From Bacteroidia bacterium (GTDB lineage: Bacteria > Bacteroidota > Bacteroidia > M30B66), in assembly GCA_018401705.1 (NCBI GenBank), contig JAGYKL010000008.1, forward strand, positions 11,688 through 75,687: a DNA stretch of 64,000 bases, written 5' to 3'. This document shows, piece by piece, positions 49,427-58,655 of the stretch (its first letter is position 1; the number at the start of each line of letters is the position of its first letter). The notes beneath the pieces were generated by a model. It saw only the letters and a program-made list of their open reading frames with translations. It had not been told where the DNA came from and made no database searches. Position numbers and translations under genes: made by a program.

Positions 49427-49888
49427 ATGGAAATCTTGATAAACAGCCTCATTGTGTTAGCTACATTTTTCTTCATGGAATTTATGGCTTGGGCAACTCA
49501 CAAATATGTAATGCATGGGTTCTTATGGACTTTGCATAAAGATCATCATGAACCTCACGACCATGTTTTTGAGCGAAATGACTCGTTTTTCCTCATTTTC
49601 GCAATACCAAGTTGGCTTTGCATTATGTTTGGAATGATGAATGGAAATGATTTCAGACTGTATATTGGAATTGGAATTGCGATTTACGGATTAGCCTATT
49701 TCTTAGTACATGATGTATTTATTCACCAGAGAATCAAGTGGTTTAGAAGAAGCGACAATACATACTTGAGGGCTATCAGAAAAGCACATAAGGTTCATCA
49801 TAAAACAACGGGTAAACAGCACTGCGAATCGTTCGGAATGCTTGTAGTAGCAAGAAAATTCTTTAAGGAACAAAAACGTGTTGCCTGA
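49427..49888 (+). CDS. crtZ: Beta-carotene 3-hydroxylase
   Basis: ME..AW.THKYVMHG, LHKDHH, ERND, YFLVHD..IHQR, AHKVHH. Confidence 0.93.
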   Translation: MEILINSLIVLATFFFMEFMAWATHKYVMHGFLWTLHKDHHEPHDHVFERNDSFFLIFAIPSWLCIMFGMMNGNDFRLYIGIGIAIYGLAYFLVHDVFIHQRIKWFRRSDNTYLRAIRKAHKVHHKTTGKQHCESFGMLVVARKFFKEQKRVA

Positions 49889-50591
49889 TAAATATCTCTA
49901 TTTAGTTTTAATGCTTGGGAGCCTTGCATATCCTTTTGCTCAAAGTTTTGAGCGGAGAATTACCCTATATAGAAAGTGGAAACACATGTTTCCCGCAATG
50001 CTTATTACTGCTGGCTTTTTTCTTATCTGGGATGAATTCTTTACTCAAATTGGAGTTTGGAGTTTTAGCGAAACTTATACATTAGGAATTTATTTTGGCA
50101 GCTTGCCTTTGGAAGAATGGATGTTTTTTCTAATCGTTCCATACTGTTGTTTCTTTGTTTATTTTGTTGCTAATCATTTCATTAAGAAAGATATTTTCAG
50201 AACCACTTATCGTGGGATAGCGATTTCTTTAAGCATCTTACTAATTGTTTCTGCAATAATTTTTCATGACCGCTGGTATACTGCAACTACCTGTTTATTA
50301 CCTGCCTTGCTTTTATTGTATCTTGTTTTTATAGCTAAAGCAAAATACTTAGGTAAATTTTTTACCGGATATATTTTCAGCCTCATCCCATTTATATTGG
50401 TAAATGGAGTACTTACATTAAAACCAGTTGTAATCTACAACAACCTAGAAAATAGCGGTTTAAGACTTAGCATTCCAGCAATATCAAACATTCCTGTCGA
50501 AGATTTTGCTTATTGTCTGCTTCTTCTGCTTATGAATGTGAGTTTATACGAAATGTTTGCGGCAAGGAATAAGAGAGACATTCCGTTTTGA
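49878..50591 (+). CDS. crtY: Membrane lycopene cyclase (fused CrtYc/Yd type)
   Basis: Two lycopene-cyclase repeats with LPLEEW.FF and IPVEDF.Y motifs; GTG start. Confidence 0.85.
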   Translation: MLPDKYLYLVLMLGSLAYPFAQSFERRITLYRKWKHMFPAMLITAGFFLIWDEFFTQIGVWSFSETYTLGIYFGSLPLEEWMFFLIVPYCCFFVYFVANHFIKKDIFRTTYRGIAISLSILLIVSAIIFHDRWYTATTCLLPALLLLYLVFIAKAKYLGKFFTGYIFSLIPFILVNGVLTLKPVVIYNNLENSGLRLSIPAISNIPVEDFAYCLLLLLMNVSLYEMFAARNKRDIPF

Positions 50592-50642
50592 TGATATCGA
50601 TGTAAAATAATGTATTTTTGAAATCTACAATTTCAATCATAC

Positions 50643-51212
50643 ATGAGAATTGCTCCATACTTGTTTTCCTTCATTCTAATTACAGGAATTTTTTCGTCTT
50701 GCAGAAATCTTGATGAATTAGTAAGTTTTAACCTTGAGACTAATGATAGTATCCGCTGGATTGGTATTCCAGATACAGTGCTCATCGATACCTTCCTGAA
50801 CAATGAAGGTTTTATAATTACATCTGAAGATTTCTCCTTTAGCGATTATCCTAAATTCAACACCAACAAAACTACTCCTGGTCAAGTTGAAGACGTACAA
50901 GCTTTCAATTTTAGCATCTCACTAGATGATGATTCTGTGACAAGTTTTGCATTTTGTCGCGATTTGAAAATCACTTTGAATTCTCCAACGAATGCATTTC
51001 CTGATATTGACATTTACGAAAACCCTCTTCCTCTGCCAACTGAATCTTCTTTTACGGCTGAAATTATGGGAACTAGTAGTGATTTCTTAGCTGCTATTCA
51101 AAAAGACAAGTACCGCTTCAAAACTCAATTTATTTTGCAATCTGAAGTACCTGATACTATTAAGATGAATTATTCTATGAGTTTCAGATTAAAAGCTCAC
51201 CCTAACGATTGA
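50643..51212 (+). CDS. Hypothetical lipoprotein
   Basis: Signal peptide with lipobox FSSC; acidic, beta-rich mature region. Confidence 0.7.
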   Translation: MRIAPYLFSFILITGIFSSCRNLDELVSFNLETNDSIRWIGIPDTVLIDTFLNNEGFIITSEDFSFSDYPKFNTNKTTPGQVEDVQAFNFSISLDDDSVTSFAFCRDLKITLNSPTNAFPDIDIYENPLPLPTESSFTAEIMGTSSDFLAAIQKDKYRFKTQFILQSEVPDTIKMNYSMSFRLKAHPND

Positions 51213-51235
51213 TAAGACTCATCTTTCGATAAATC

Positions 51236-52186
51236 ATGTCTGATTCAACACCTCGCGTTTCGGTAGTTGTTCCATGCTTCAATTATGGTCATCTATTGGC
51301 CGAAACCCTCACTGACTTGCAGTCACAAAGTTTCCAAAACTGGGAATGCATTATTGTAGATGATGGCTCAACAGATAATACAGCAGAAGTAGCAATTGAC
51401 TTTTCGAATAAAGATTCCCGGTTTAAATACTATTATCAAAAAAATGCCGGATTGTCGGCTGCAAGAAACACAGGAATCAAGAATGCAGAAGGAGAATTCA
51501 TTCAACTACTGGATGCCGACGACTTATTAGCAAAAGACAAATTCAAAATTCAATTAGCAATTTTTGCGGAATTTGATTCAATAGATATTGTCTATTCTGA
51601 GGTAAGATATTTTTATTCCGAAACACCTCAGCTTTTAAGGTATTCTATGGAAGGAGAAGATAAGCCTTGGATGTTAGGTGTGGATTCTTCTAATCAGATT
51701 GAGCTAAAAGAATTATTAATTAGACGAAATCTTGGAGCTGTTAATAGCCCACTCACAAGAAAAACTGTTTTTGACAGAGTAGGTTTATTTAACACCAACC
51801 TTAAATCTGTTGAAGACTGGGAATTTTGGTTTAGATGTGCCTTTAAGAATATACAATTCAAATTTCATTCATCCGAAGGAGCTTTTGCACTAGTTAGGCT
51901 GCATAGCAATAGCATGAGCCGAAGTATAAAAGGCATGATGGAAGCTTCTACAATTGCTAGGTTAACTTTAGGCACTCTTATTACTCAGGAAGTTTCTAAT
52001 GTTATAAGGGAGCGCTGGCTGAAAATCAATAACAATGAGTTAGCTTATTTACATAAACAGCTCTTTGAATTGTACAAGCAAGAGAATCAAAAATCCAATG
52101 CTTCCAAGCACTTACTTGCATTTTCAAGAATAAAAAATGAATATAAATTTTTTGTAAAAGAGAGATTAAAACTGATTTTTTCATAA
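51236..52186 (+). CDS. Family 2 glycosyltransferase
   Basis: VSVVVPCFN, VDDGSTD, GLSAARNTG, LDADD, EDWEFW. Confidence 0.93.
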   Translation: MSDSTPRVSVVVPCFNYGHLLAETLTDLQSQSFQNWECIIVDDGSTDNTAEVAIDFSNKDSRFKYYYQKNAGLSAARNTGIKNAEGEFIQLLDADDLLAKDKFKIQLAIFAEFDSIDIVYSEVRYFYSETPQLLRYSMEGEDKPWMLGVDSSNQIELKELLIRRNLGAVNSPLTRKTVFDRVGLFNTNLKSVEDWEFWFRCAFKNIQFKFHSSEGAFALVRLHSNSMSRSIKGMMEASTIARLTLGTLITQEVSNVIRERWLKINNNELAYLHKQLFELYKQENQKSNASKHLLAFSRIKNEYKFFVKERLKLIFS

Positions 52187-52284
52187 CAACCCTATACACC
52201 AGAATGTTGAAAACTTGTTAATCATTTTCAATTGTCGTAAAGTATAGCTAATTTGCACCCCCACCACCGTTTCTCAACTATAAC

Positions 52285-54948
52285 ATGAAACTACTATTTA
52301 ACACTTTTCTCTGTCTTGTATTCTCAAGCAGTCTTGTTTTGGCGCAAACATCCAAAACAATAAATAAAGATAAATCTGAAAGAAAGAAAGAAACACTTTC
52401 TTTAAGTAAATATGAAAATCTAAAAAGCCAAGGCAAGCTTAGCAGAGATATCGATTATACAGTAACATATCCGGAGAAGCCGATAGATTTGAGTTCGGCC
52501 AGAACATTGCCTCCTGCAACTACTTTCTCAAGTGCATCTGGAGTTCTGGTTTCACCTCCATGTTCTTATGTTCCAACTGATGATTTTTTAACTCCATTCG
52601 GAGGGGATGTATTTTTTGATGATAGCCCACCAAACGGACCATTTGAAGTACAGATTCCTTTTGAATTCTGTTTTTATGGAGAAACCTATACTAGTTTCTT
52701 TATCAACAATAATGGAAACATAACATTTGAAAATTCATTCAATACATTTACTGCTCAATCATTTCCAGCTGCTGGAATTCCTCCAATGATTGCCCCATTC
52801 TGGGGGGATGTTGATACAGGTTCGGATATTAATCCTCTAGGTCAAGTTAGGTATAATGTTTATAGCGATTATGCCATTGTTTCTTGGGATACTGTTGCTG
52901 TATTCCCAGAAAATGGGGCTTTAAGAAATACTTTTCAAGTTATAATAAGCGACGGTGTGAGTACTGTTTGCCCTCCCGGGAACAATATAATTTTCATTTA
53001 CGGAGATATGCAATGGACCACAGGAACTGCTTCTGGAGGAGCGGGTGGTTTCGGAGGAACTCCTGCAACAGTGGGAGTTAACCGTGGAGATGGAGCCGAT
53101 TATATTCAGCTTGGACTTTTTGATGCTCCAGGAACCAATTACGATGGACCGTTTGGCACAGTTGACCAGGTAAGCTTTCTAGATGACAACGTGTTCTTTT
53201 TCAACACATGTTTACAACCTGGAGCAGAAAATAATATTGCACCACTTTCTATTGGAGCTCCAATATGTGATACAATTACAGTTTGTGTAGGTTCAACTTT
53301 TGACCTGGATTTTAACTTTATTCCTGTTGAGCCTGATCAAACTGTTGATGCAGTTTTACAAACTACTGGCATCTCAGGTTTGGTAATTGACGCAATTACA
53401 CCTGGAACTCAGTGTAACGTTGTTGGTTCTTTTACTGGTACCGTAGATAATATTGGTTACAATACGGTTCTTTTCGAAGCAACAGATAATGGAACCCCTG
53501 CTGCAAACTACATCATGGCCTTAACCTTTCAGGTTATTGAGTCTGGATTTGTGCCAGAAATTCTTGGAGTAACCAGCATTTGTGCTGGAGAACCAACCAC
53601 ACTTTCTGTTGGAGGAGGTCAATACGATGAATACGGTTGGTCGCCAAATGGAGAAGCTAGCCCTACAATTGAAGTAACTGAACCCGGAGAATATCAGGTA
53701 ACCGTAATTATCGATGGCTGCCTTGGCACATCAGATCCAATTACTGTTACAGAACAAGAAGTCCCTGTTCCAGTAATTACAGGTGATGATGGTGTATGTG
53801 GAGATAATCTTGCTCAAATTTATACTACTGAAGAATTTAATTCATATCAGTGGAGTAATTTCAACAATACCGACACTGCATCTGTGGGGCCGGGAACATA
53901 TATTGTCACGGTTACAAATGAATTTGGATGTGCGGGAACCTCTGAGCCATTTACTGTAGATGCTTTCGCAACGATTGTACCTGTAATCAATGGAAATGAC
54001 CATGTTTGCTTCGAGCAGCTCAATGTTCTTTCTACCGAAGATTCTTATGCTACATATCTATGGTCAACAAGTGCAACAGATTCAACTGTAGAAGTTGGAG
54101 CAGGAACTTACACTGTTTTCGTTGAAGATGAGTTCGGTTGCAACGGAACATCTGAGCCTTTTACAATTGCTCAATCAACACCTCTAGCAGAAGTAAATGA
54201 TATTATTCCATTTTGCCTTGGAGATACAATTATTATTTCTGGAGCAGGCAACTATGCTTCTTACGAATGGCTTGATGTAAATAACGAAACAATTGGAACG
54301 GAACAAACATTGGCATGGACAGGAGATACTTTAACTCTGGTTGTAACAGATGAATTTGGCTGCATTAGTTCAGTTGAATTTGAAATCCCTGCTACTGCGC
54401 TTCCTGTAGCAGCATTCTCTGCTAACCCGGCTACTCCAGTTGTGCTTTTGCCAGATGCATTGATTCAATATAATGACGTTTCTAGTTCAACAGAGGGAGA
54501 CCCTGTTAATTTCTGGTACTATCTAATTGAACCCGCTGATGGAAGTTGGACTGAAAATGATGACACATTTGAATCAATTGAACAAAATCCTTTGATTCAA
54601 TACCCTGATACCGGACTTTATTTTATTACTCAAACGGTTATTTCAGAATTGGGCTGTGTTGATACTGTAAAGACATCCCTTTATGTAATTGATAATCCTT
54701 TTGTACCTAATGTATTCTCACCAAATGGAGATGGATTTAACGATTTCTTGAAAATTCCTTTCCTCAATGGATATCCAAGTAATGAGGTGCTTATATTCAA
54801 TCGTTGGGGCAAAAAAGTTTATGAATCAAAAGACTACAATAATGACTGGGATGGAGAAAATTTACCATCAGGTACTTATTTCTATGTAGTTTCAGCCCCA
54901 ACTTTAAGTCAAACATTAAAGGGTTCAATAACATTAATTAGAGATTAA
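52285..54948 (+). CDS. T9SS-secreted NIDO-domain surface protein with Ig/PKD-like repeats and type B (gliding-associated) CTD
   Basis: Signal peptide; NIDO motifs (IAPFWGDVD, NTFQVII, YGDMQWTTG); repeated Y.WS...GTY.V.V..EFGC; C-terminal PNVFSPNGDGFND...IFNRWG...WDG..LPSGTYFY. Confidence 0.9.
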   Translation: MKLLFNTFLCLVFSSSLVLAQTSKTINKDKSERKKETLSLSKYENLKSQGKLSRDIDYTVTYPEKPIDLSSARTLPPATTFSSASGVLVSPPCSYVPTDDFLTPFGGDVFFDDSPPNGPFEVQIPFEFCFYGETYTSFFINNNGNITFENSFNTFTAQSFPAAGIPPMIAPFWGDVDTGSDINPLGQVRYNVYSDYAIVSWDTVAVFPENGALRNTFQVIISDGVSTVCPPGNNIIFIYGDMQWTTGTASGGAGGFGGTPATVGVNRGDGADYIQLGLFDAPGTNYDGPFGTVDQVSFLDDNVFFFNTCLQPGAENNIAPLSIGAPICDTITVCVGSTFDLDFNFIPVEPDQTVDAVLQTTGISGLVIDAITPGTQCNVVGSFTGTVDNIGYNTVLFEATDNGTPAANYIMALTFQVIESGFVPEILGVTSICAGEPTTLSVGGGQYDEYGWSPNGEASPTIEVTEPGEYQVTVIIDGCLGTSDPITVTEQEVPVPVITGDDGVCGDNLAQIYTTEEFNSYQWSNFNNTDTASVGPGTYIVTVTNEFGCAGTSEPFTVDAFATIVPVINGNDHVCFEQLNVLSTEDSYATYLWSTSATDSTVEVGAGTYTVFVEDEFGCNGTSEPFTIAQSTPLAEVNDIIPFCLGDTIIISGAGNYASYEWLDVNNETIGTEQTLAWTGDTLTLVVTDEFGCISSVEFEIPATALPVAAFSANPATPVVLLPDALIQYNDVSSSTEGDPVNFWYYLIEPADGSWTENDDTFESIEQNPLIQYPDTGLYFITQTVISELGCVDTVKTSLYVIDNPFVPNVFSPNGDGFNDFLKIPFLNGYPSNEVLIFNRWGKKVYESKDYNNDWDGENLPSGTYFYVVSAPTLSQTLKGSITLIRD

Positions 54949-54969
54949 TTTTTTCTTCGAAAAAGAATA

Positions 54970-55004
54970 AAAAGGCGGAATAGCTAAACAGCTTTCCGCC
55001 TTTT
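54970..55004. terminator. Intrinsic terminator after the NIDO gene (A/T-flanked, possibly bidirectional)
   Basis: AAAAGGCGGAA-T-AGCT-AAAC-AGCT-TTCCGCCTTTT. Confidence 0.85.
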
Positions 55005-55041
55005 ACGTTTATCGTGTACTTTTGACACTCAAATTGAAAAA

Positions 55042-55995
55042 GTGAAAGTTACAGATCATATACAACAAGCAAAAGGAACACTCTTCTCATTTGAAGTACT
55101 TCCTTCCCTTAAGGGAAAAGACATTCAGGATTTATACAATGGTATTGAGCCACTTCTTGAGTTTAACCCCAGCTTTATTAATGTTACCTATCATAGAGAG
55201 GAATTCATTTATAAAAAGTTAAGCAACGGGCTACACGAAAAAATTTACACCCGCAAACGCCCTGGAACAGTTAGCATTTGTGCGGCCATAAAATATAAAT
55301 ACGGAATAGACACTGTTCCCCACCTTATTTGCGGTGGATTTACTAAGGAAGATACAGAACTTGCCTTATTAGATATGCATTATTTGGGCATGGACAATGT
55401 TCTTGCTCTTAGAGGAGATCCTGTAAAAGGCGAAACTCATTTTTCACCTGAAAAATCGGGGCATGCCAATGCTTCAACCATGGTTCAACAGATTACAGGT
55501 ATGAATAATGGGAATTACCTGGATGATGATATCGTTGAAGGAATCCCAACCGACTTTTGTATTGGAGTTGCAGGTTATCCTGAAAAACACTTTGAAGCAC
55601 AAAATCTAAAAACAGACTTAAAATACCTTAAAGAAAAGGTAGATGCTGGAGCGCATTATATTGTTACTCAAATGTTTTTCGACAATAAGAAGTTCTTCGC
55701 CTTTGTTGATGCTTGTCGTAAGGCTGGTATTAAGGTCCCAATTATTCCAGGACTTAAACCTATCACAACATTGAAGCACATCTCATTCTTGCCCAAGACA
55801 TTTCATATTGATATGCCTGAAGCCCTAGCCGATGATCTTGAAAAATGCAAAAACAACGATCAAGTTAAGGAAGTTGGGATTGAATGGGGGATTCAGCAAA
55901 CAAAAGAGTTAATTGCAGCCGGTGTTCCATGCATTCATTTTTACACAATGGGAAAATCAGACGCCGTTAAAAGAATTGTGAGCAATTCTTATTAA
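55042..55995 (+). CDS. metF: 5,10-methylenetetrahydrofolate reductase
   Basis: FSFEV, VPHLIC, LALRGD, VAGYPEKH, K.KVDAGA..IVTQMFFD, HFYTM; GTG start. Confidence 0.96.
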   Translation: MKVTDHIQQAKGTLFSFEVLPSLKGKDIQDLYNGIEPLLEFNPSFINVTYHREEFIYKKLSNGLHEKIYTRKRPGTVSICAAIKYKYGIDTVPHLICGGFTKEDTELALLDMHYLGMDNVLALRGDPVKGETHFSPEKSGHANASTMVQQITGMNNGNYLDDDIVEGIPTDFCIGVAGYPEKHFEAQNLKTDLKYLKEKVDAGAHYIVTQMFFDNKKFFAFVDACRKAGIKVPIIPGLKPITTLKHISFLPKTFHIDMPEALADDLEKCKNNDQVKEVGIEWGIQQTKELIAAGVPCIHFYTMGKSDAVKRIVSNSY

Positions 55996-57500
55996 GGCTT
56001 AATTTGAAGCAAAGAAGACTTTCCTTCAAACTCTGATATAAGAAAGACTTTTCCTTCTTTAGAATAGTAAGCCGAATAAGGAAGAATGGGCAAGTCTTTC
56101 GAAGAAGAAGATTTCTCACTATCTAGTTGGCCATTGCTGTTTACACTTTCAATAACTACTTCTGTGGTTCGAAAGTCAGACAATGCCTTTGTCTTTTCCT
56201 TTTGTGAAGTTGATGAACTTCGGTTATTGATTAAAATCACATCAGATTTTATCCCCGGCACAGCCACTGTGCCGAGATATTTCCCTCCATCGTCAATCGA
56301 CTTCTGACTATTGGCCACAATTCTAAACCAATCTACTTTACCTTGTTCGTTCAGGTTAATCAATAAAAGATTGCCTGCTGTGTAAACATTATTACAGGTA
56401 AGTAATCCATTCCTATAATCGGTCTCACAAACCTCCTCTTCACCAAAAACTTCCGCAATAAAATAAGCTCCGTTTTTGCCTGAAGAATATATCGACCTTG
56501 ATTTAAAATCTTCGAATGCTCCCCTCTCAACAATGCTTTCCTCTCCAGCCGACAAACCACTCAAATCTGTATCAAACCTGCTTAGACCTTTAGCTTCAAC
56601 CGAACCCGATTCTCTATCAATTCTCAAAAAGAATACACCACTATTCTTTCCTTTTTGCTCAAAATTCTCTTGAAACAATCCACTAACCAAAAGCTGATCA
56701 TTCACATTTATCGACATCCTAACGCTATTAATCTGCTTTCCTGGAATATCCAGTTTGTATTCGATGAGCTCATTGCCAAATACGGGAAATGCAAAAATCG
56801 AAAACACATCTTCATCCTCGTTTTGTCCCTTTAGCAATAGATGCAAATTTCCTGCATCGTCTGTAATTTCTTGTTCAATTGCGACTCCATCGCCCGGAAA
56901 GGGCAAAACAGCATTCATCTCGCTTGTAACCTCAAACAAACTGTCATACCGAATTAAGTGAATATCAGTTTCGCCCTTACGTAAGCCATTTTGAAAATGA
57001 ATGACCGATAAATACTTAGCTCTTTTTGATACTGAAGTGGAGAAATGCTTTTTGTTAAATGTAAAATCTGTCGACTTGCTCTCCATAAGCACTTGGCTTT
57101 GACCAACTTTGTTATCCTCACCTACAACTCGATATTTAAGTGCATAAGCCTTCTTTTCTTTCAAATACTCAGAACTGAACACGCAAAGCGAGTCATTCCA
57201 AATATGAATAGCTTCAGGGTAATCTGTTTGCTTATTGCTAAAAAGCTCCTCCAGCAGAACAGTGCTTTCTAGAGAAAGACTTTGTTTATTGAACTTTTCT
57301 AAAACAACCTTGTCAATTAGTCCTGTCTTTGAATCAGCACTAGCCCTAACTGCAACAATATGTTTATCAGTTTCTCCTGGTATTGACTGAATCTGAAAGT
57401 CTTTGTCGTATGAATAAACTTCTCCAAAAGACAAGCTTTGTGCGTTTGCAGAGAATAGTCCTGACATACTAAATGTTAATATGAAAACGAGTGCTCTCAT
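55992..57500 (-). CDS. Exported hypothetical protein (beta-rich)
   Basis: 502-aa ORF with Sec signal (..SANAQ); ATGA overlap with the rlmN stop; no catalytic motif recognised. Confidence 0.7.
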   Translation of the reverse strand: MRALVFILTFSMSGLFSANAQSLSFGEVYSYDKDFQIQSIPGETDKHIVAVRASADSKTGLIDKVVLEKFNKQSLSLESTVLLEELFSNKQTDYPEAIHIWNDSLCVFSSEYLKEKKAYALKYRVVGEDNKVGQSQVLMESKSTDFTFNKKHFSTSVSKRAKYLSVIHFQNGLRKGETDIHLIRYDSLFEVTSEMNAVLPFPGDGVAIEQEITDDAGNLHLLLKGQNEDEDVFSIFAFPVFGNELIEYKLDIPGKQINSVRMSINVNDQLLVSGLFQENFEQKGKNSGVFFLRIDRESGSVEAKGLSRFDTDLSGLSAGEESIVERGAFEDFKSRSIYSSGKNGAYFIAEVFGEEEVCETDYRNGLLTCNNVYTAGNLLLINLNEQGKVDWFRIVANSQKSIDDGGKYLGTVAVPGIKSDVILINNRSSSTSQKEKTKALSDFRTTEVVIESVNSNGQLDSEKSSSSKDLPILPYSAYYSKEGKVFLISEFEGKSSLLQIKP

Positions 57501-58573
57501 GCACTAACTTTCTTCATGACTTCGCCAACTGCCTCGTTTTTATTTGCCAGCTGACCGCAAGCTGCATCAATATCTCTCCCACGGCTTCTCCTAACATTTA
57601 CAATTATGCCCTTACTATCTAAATAAGATGTAAACCTATTAAGTTTATCATCTGTAGCCTTCTGGAATTCGCCAGCATCAATAGGATTATATTCTATCAC
57701 ATTTACTTTTGTAGGAACCTTCCTCACAAATGCCTCAAGCTCTTTCGCATCTTCTATTCCATCATTAAAATCCTTGAAAAGAATATATTCTAATGTAGGG
57801 CGCGTTCCAGTTTTTTCGTAGAAATACTTTAGTGCATCAGCAAGTGCATCCAAGGAATTACTTTCGTTGATTGGCATAATCTTACTTCGCTTCTCTTCAT
57901 TAGCTGCGTGTAACGAAAGAGCCAGATTAAACTTCACCTCATCATCACCTAACTGCCTTATCATCTTGGCAATTCCTGCAGTTGAAACAGTAATTCGCTG
58001 AGGCGACATTCCCAATCCATCAGGAGATGTAATTCTATCAATGCTTCTAAGAACATTCTTGTAATTGAGCAGAGGCTCACCCATTCCCATGTAAACAATA
58101 TTGCTCAAAGGAATTTGATAATTTTCTTCACTCATTCTCCTTATTGCAACAACCTGATCTACAATCTCACCGGCATCAAGATTTCGTAAAAGTTTCAATT
58201 TACCAGTAGCACAAAACTTACAAGTAAGCGAGCATCCTATCTGAGATGAAATACAGGCAGTCATGCGACTTGCCGTAGGAATAAGCACTCCCTCAACCAC
58301 CGAACCGTCATACAGCTTGAAAGCCGATTTAATAGTTCGGTCTGAGCTTTTCTGCATCTCGGCAACTTCAAGCCCCTGAAGAAAAAATGATTCACTCAGC
58401 GCTTGCCTCAAGTCTTTACTCAAATTTGTCATTACCTCAAATGAGGTTGCCGACTTTTGCCAAAGCCATTCAAACACTTGTTTAGCCCTGAATTTCGGAT
58501 GACCGTTCTTCAGAAACCATTCCTCCAGCTCCTTATAATTAAGAGAACGAATGTCGGGAAGGCTTTTTTTCAT
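57497..58573 (-). CDS. rlmN: 23S rRNA A2503/tRNA A37 C2-methyltransferase
   Basis: CISSQIGCSLTCKFCATG radical-SAM motif, MGMGEPL, SLHA, DIDAACGQL. Start at ATG 58573. Confidence 0.97.
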   Translation of the reverse strand: MKKSLPDIRSLNYKELEEWFLKNGHPKFRAKQVFEWLWQKSATSFEVMTNLSKDLRQALSESFFLQGLEVAEMQKSSDRTIKSAFKLYDGSVVEGVLIPTASRMTACISSQIGCSLTCKFCATGKLKLLRNLDAGEIVDQVVAIRRMSEENYQIPLSNIVYMGMGEPLLNYKNVLRSIDRITSPDGLGMSPQRITVSTAGIAKMIRQLGDDEVKFNLALSLHAANEEKRSKIMPINESNSLDALADALKYFYEKTGTRPTLEYILFKDFNDGIEDAKELEAFVRKVPTKVNVIEYNPIDAGEFQKATDDKLNRFTSYLDSKGIIVNVRRSRGRDIDAACGQLANKNEAVGEVMKKVSA

Positions 58574-58655
58574 CGCACAAAGATACAAATCAATGCAAGC
58601 TCTTTAGCTTGATATTCATGAACCTTTTAGCCTCAATTACACTTACTTTTGACAC

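Noticed and set aside
54949-55041. SAM riboswitch before metF, TPP riboswitch before thiL, T-box before trpS
   Set aside because: The leaders are too short or are taken up by a terminator and promoter; no conserved aptamer motifs seen.
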